A stretch of DNA of 17,924 nt from Candidatus Eiseniibacteriota bacterium (GTDB lineage Bacteria; Eisenbacteria; RBG-16-71-46; JABDJR01; JAWXBZ01): the NCBI GenBank assembly GCA_034440375.1, contig JAWXBZ010000031.1, positions 1-17,924 on the forward strand, written 5' to 3'. The position numbers were made by a program, and so were the translations under genes. The notes below the pieces were generated by a model, which had not been told where the DNA came from, did not search any database, and saw only the letters and a list, made by a program, of their open reading frames with translations. Shown here piece by piece: positions 16,473-17,924 of the stretch. Positions within the stretch are counted from its first letter, which is position 1, and each line of letters begins with the position of its first letter.

Positions 16473-16892
16473 ATGACAGTACGAGAAGTGATGACGAGCC
16501 ACACGGAAATGGCAACGCCCGACATGAGCCTGCGCGACGCGGCCCGGTTGATGCGCGATTGCGATATCGGCGCCCTTCCGGTCGGGGATAAGGACCGACT
16601 GGTGGGAATGATCACCGACCGGGATATTACGATTCGCGCGGTGGCCGAAGGGATGGACGTCGAGGCAACTCAGGTTCGCGAGGCAATGACCAGCAAGTTC
16701 CTGTACGTCTTCGACGACGAACTGATCGAGTCGGCGGCCCAGAAGATGGCAGATCTCCAGGTGCGACGGTTGCCGGTGCTTGATCGCAGCGAACACCTGG
16801 TCGGAATCCTGGCGCTCAGCGATGTTTCGATCGAGGGACCTCAGAAAGCTGCCGCTCACGCGTTGCGGGGCGTATCCGAACCATCGGACTGA
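16473..16892 (+). CDS. Stand-alone CBS-pair protein (YhcV/Hrp1-like), 139 aa
   Basis: AAGGAGG SD. VREVMT, AARLMRDCDIGALPV, LVGMITDRDI, QVRRLPV, LVGILALSD. Confidence 0.92.
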   Translation: MTVREVMTSHTEMATPDMSLRDAARLMRDCDIGALPVGDKDRLVGMITDRDITIRAVAEGMDVEATQVREAMTSKFLYVFDDELIESAAQKMADLQVRRLPVLDRSEHLVGILALSDVSIEGPQKAAAHALRGVSEPSD

Positions 16893-16908
16893 CTGATGTT
16901 GACGTCCA

Positions 16909-16936
16909 CCGACCCCGCCATCCCCGGCGGGGTCGG
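16909..16936 (+). terminator. GC-rich hairpin after the CBS gene; possible terminator
   Basis: Perfect 11-bp stem CCGACCCCGCC/GGCGGGGTCGG with a 6-nt loop, followed by AT-rich sequence but no U-tract. Confidence 0.5.
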
Positions 16937-16991
16937 AATATGATGTAACAGTTGCCACCGAAGGTAGTACCCAGCTTCCAACCAGTTGCAA

Positions 16992-17005
16992 TGTAAACGA
17001 TTACA
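16992..17005. promoter_or_regulatory. TGT-N8-ACA palindrome; candidate binding site for an enhancer-binding protein
   Basis: TGTAA-ACGA-TTACA, about 165 bp upstream of the predicted sigma54 start. A degenerate copy, TGTAACAGTTGCCA, lies at 16944-16957. Confidence 0.4.
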
Positions 17006-17099
17006 GGATCCAATCGCCCGGGATGGATACCTGATTCCCGAAATCGTAAACAGGCCTGCCTCCCCCGGGGACTCGGTCATTTGACGATCCGGTGAGCAT

Positions 17100-17112
17100 T
17101 TGCAAGCACTTA
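17100..17112 (+). promoter_or_regulatory. IHF-like site
   Basis: TTGCAAGCACTTA versus consensus WATCAANNNNTTR (2 mismatches), lying between the palindrome and the sigma54 box. Confidence 0.35.
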
Positions 17113-17138
17113 CAGCGTTCTCGGAACCCGTCTCCTCG

Positions 17139-17155
17139 TTGGCATGATCGGTGCC
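17139..17155 (+). promoter_or_regulatory. sigma54 (-24/-12) promoter
   Basis: TTGGCATGATCGGTGCC has the exact GG-N10-GC spacing; predicted +1 is near 17166. Confidence 0.55.
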
Positions 17156-17165
17156 TATACCTAAC

Positions 17166-17591
17166 CCTGCAAGCGAGGCTCAGCCGGGCCGAGGGAGACA
17201 ACCAGCACTCCGGTTGCAAACGTCAAATCTCCAACCCCGGCAAGGCTACTGATGGTGTCCAGGCAGCCATCATCAGGACGCCTCTTGCGACCTCCGTCGA
17301 ACGAGGTTCGGTTGAGTCCCGTATTCAAGTTCCGCCCCGCGGAACAAGTGTTTGAAAAACTTGGCGGGTCGTAACCATAGAGTTGGTTCCCTGACGTGCT
17401 GTGTTCGGTTCTGCCGGTTCACAGTCCTCAAAGCCTGGGGATGCCTCCCAATAGGTTTGAGATCCAGGCCGGCTGCGGTTCGTCAGGGAACCGTCAATAT
17501 CCCTGAGGGGGGGATCGCGCGACCAAGAGTCCTCAAGCCCGCTCTTGTTCGCCGTAGGGGCGGCTCCGCAAGGAGCCGCCCCAGTTTTTTT
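17166..17591 (+). ncRNA. Candidate structured non-coding RNA (or long regulatory leader), family not recognised
   Basis: Bounded by a sigma54-like promoter and a strong terminator, with about ten hairpins including a 108-nt irregular stem-loop, and no convincing ORF. The 5' end is inferred. Confidence 0.5.
17557..17591 (+). terminator. Rho-independent terminator
   Basis: Perfect 11-bp stem GGGGCGGCTCC/GGAGCCGCCCC with a GCAA tetraloop, followed by AG and T7. Confidence 0.9.
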
Positions 17592-17768
17592 GGTTGATAG
17601 TTCCGGATCAGAAAAAATAGTCTAATTAATTGTAAGCAAATAAGTTAGCAATGAGCCCAACACGCCGAGTCAACTCTCCGTCAACCCCGTGGATCGACAT
17701 TCCCCCTGCTGACGGGTCGAGCCTCGACCCGCCTCCGCAAGTGAGAACAGTCTGGAGGAGAGTTGATC

Positions 17769-17924
17769 ATGATGACGTTGCGAACGATCACCCCATGGAT
17801 GCTGGCGGCAGCTCTGCTCGCCGGTGCGTCAACCCGGGCCGAAGCCTGGCGCGATGATGACGGCAACAAGATTGACGATTCGATCGACCAGGTACAGTCG
17901 AGCGGCTGGGCCTGGGCCTTTGAA
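17769..17924 (+). CDS. Secreted protein, N-terminal fragment; runs off the right edge
   Basis: Not in the ORF track. GGAGGAG SD, then MMTLRTITPWMLAAALLAGASTRAEA|WRDDDGNKIDDSIDQVQSSGWAWAFE: a signal peptide with an AxA cleavage site followed by an Asp-rich, Ca-binding-like motif. Confidence 0.75.
   Translation, partial: MMTLRTITPWMLAAALLAGASTRAEAWRDDDGNKIDDSIDQVQSSGWAWAFE

Noticed and set aside
17186-17220. SAM-I riboswitch (GGCCGAGGGA...CAACC...GGTTGCAAA)
   Set aside because: There is no ATC-AGAG P1/P2 start, the 3' half of P2 is missing, and no sulfur or methionine gene is nearby.
17252-17374. 40-aa ORF MVSRQPSS...KLGGS, and track ORFs 17092-17355 and 17352-17597
   Set aside because: Weak or absent SD, no recognisable protein features, and one ORF runs through the terminator. 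Not fully excluded without RNAcode or Ribo-seq.
17435-17492. TPP riboswitch (GGGG..TGAGA..CGTCAGGGAA resemblance)
   Set aside because: It lacks the ACCC, ACCTGA and TAAT elements, the bases are committed to a different long stem, and there is no thiamine gene downstream.
17340-17592. Retron msr-msd, tracrRNA, or IS-associated guide RNA
   Set aside because: There is no reverse transcriptase, Cas protein, CRISPR array, TnpB/IscB or recombinase in the window. The GTTTGAG match is too short to be meaningful.
1-17924. CRISPR array, tRNA, rRNA, transposase or integrase
   Set aside because: I saw no regularly spaced repeats, cloverleaf signatures or mobile-element ORFs.

Overview
A GC-rich bacterial chromosomal segment. 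The FlgD/T9SS-like C-terminal cargo domain suggests an FCB-superphylum lineage such as Ca. Eisenbacteria, Krumholzibacteriota or Latescibacterota (inference only). Gene order: a partial GT-C membrane glycosyltransferase (minus strand, missing from the ORF track), a GT87-like glycosyltransferase, dinB, a divergent FabF-type ketosynthase, an SGNH hydrolase, a NodU/CmcH carbamoyltransferase, an SxtJ-family protein, a large secreted FlgD-domain protein on the opposite strand, an SxtK/DUF5989 protein, a TMTC-like GT-C/TPR protein, an HD hydrolase, a Mg-chelatase-like AAA+ ATPase with its vWA partner, a Cys-rich metallothionein-like protein, a CBS-pair protein, a roughly 875-bp gene-free interval, and the start of a secreted protein. 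The most interesting element lies in that interval. A sigma54-type promoter, with a candidate IHF site and enhancer palindrome, points into about 425 nt of dense hairpins that end in a strong intrinsic terminator and contain no convincing ORF. This is a candidate large structured ncRNA that I do not recognise. Two other patterns stand out: -10 boxes sit 6-7 nt before the start codons of four genes (leaderless mRNAs), and the sxtI-J-K-like carbamoylation module is split by the secreted-protein gene and linked to GT-C glycosyltransferases.
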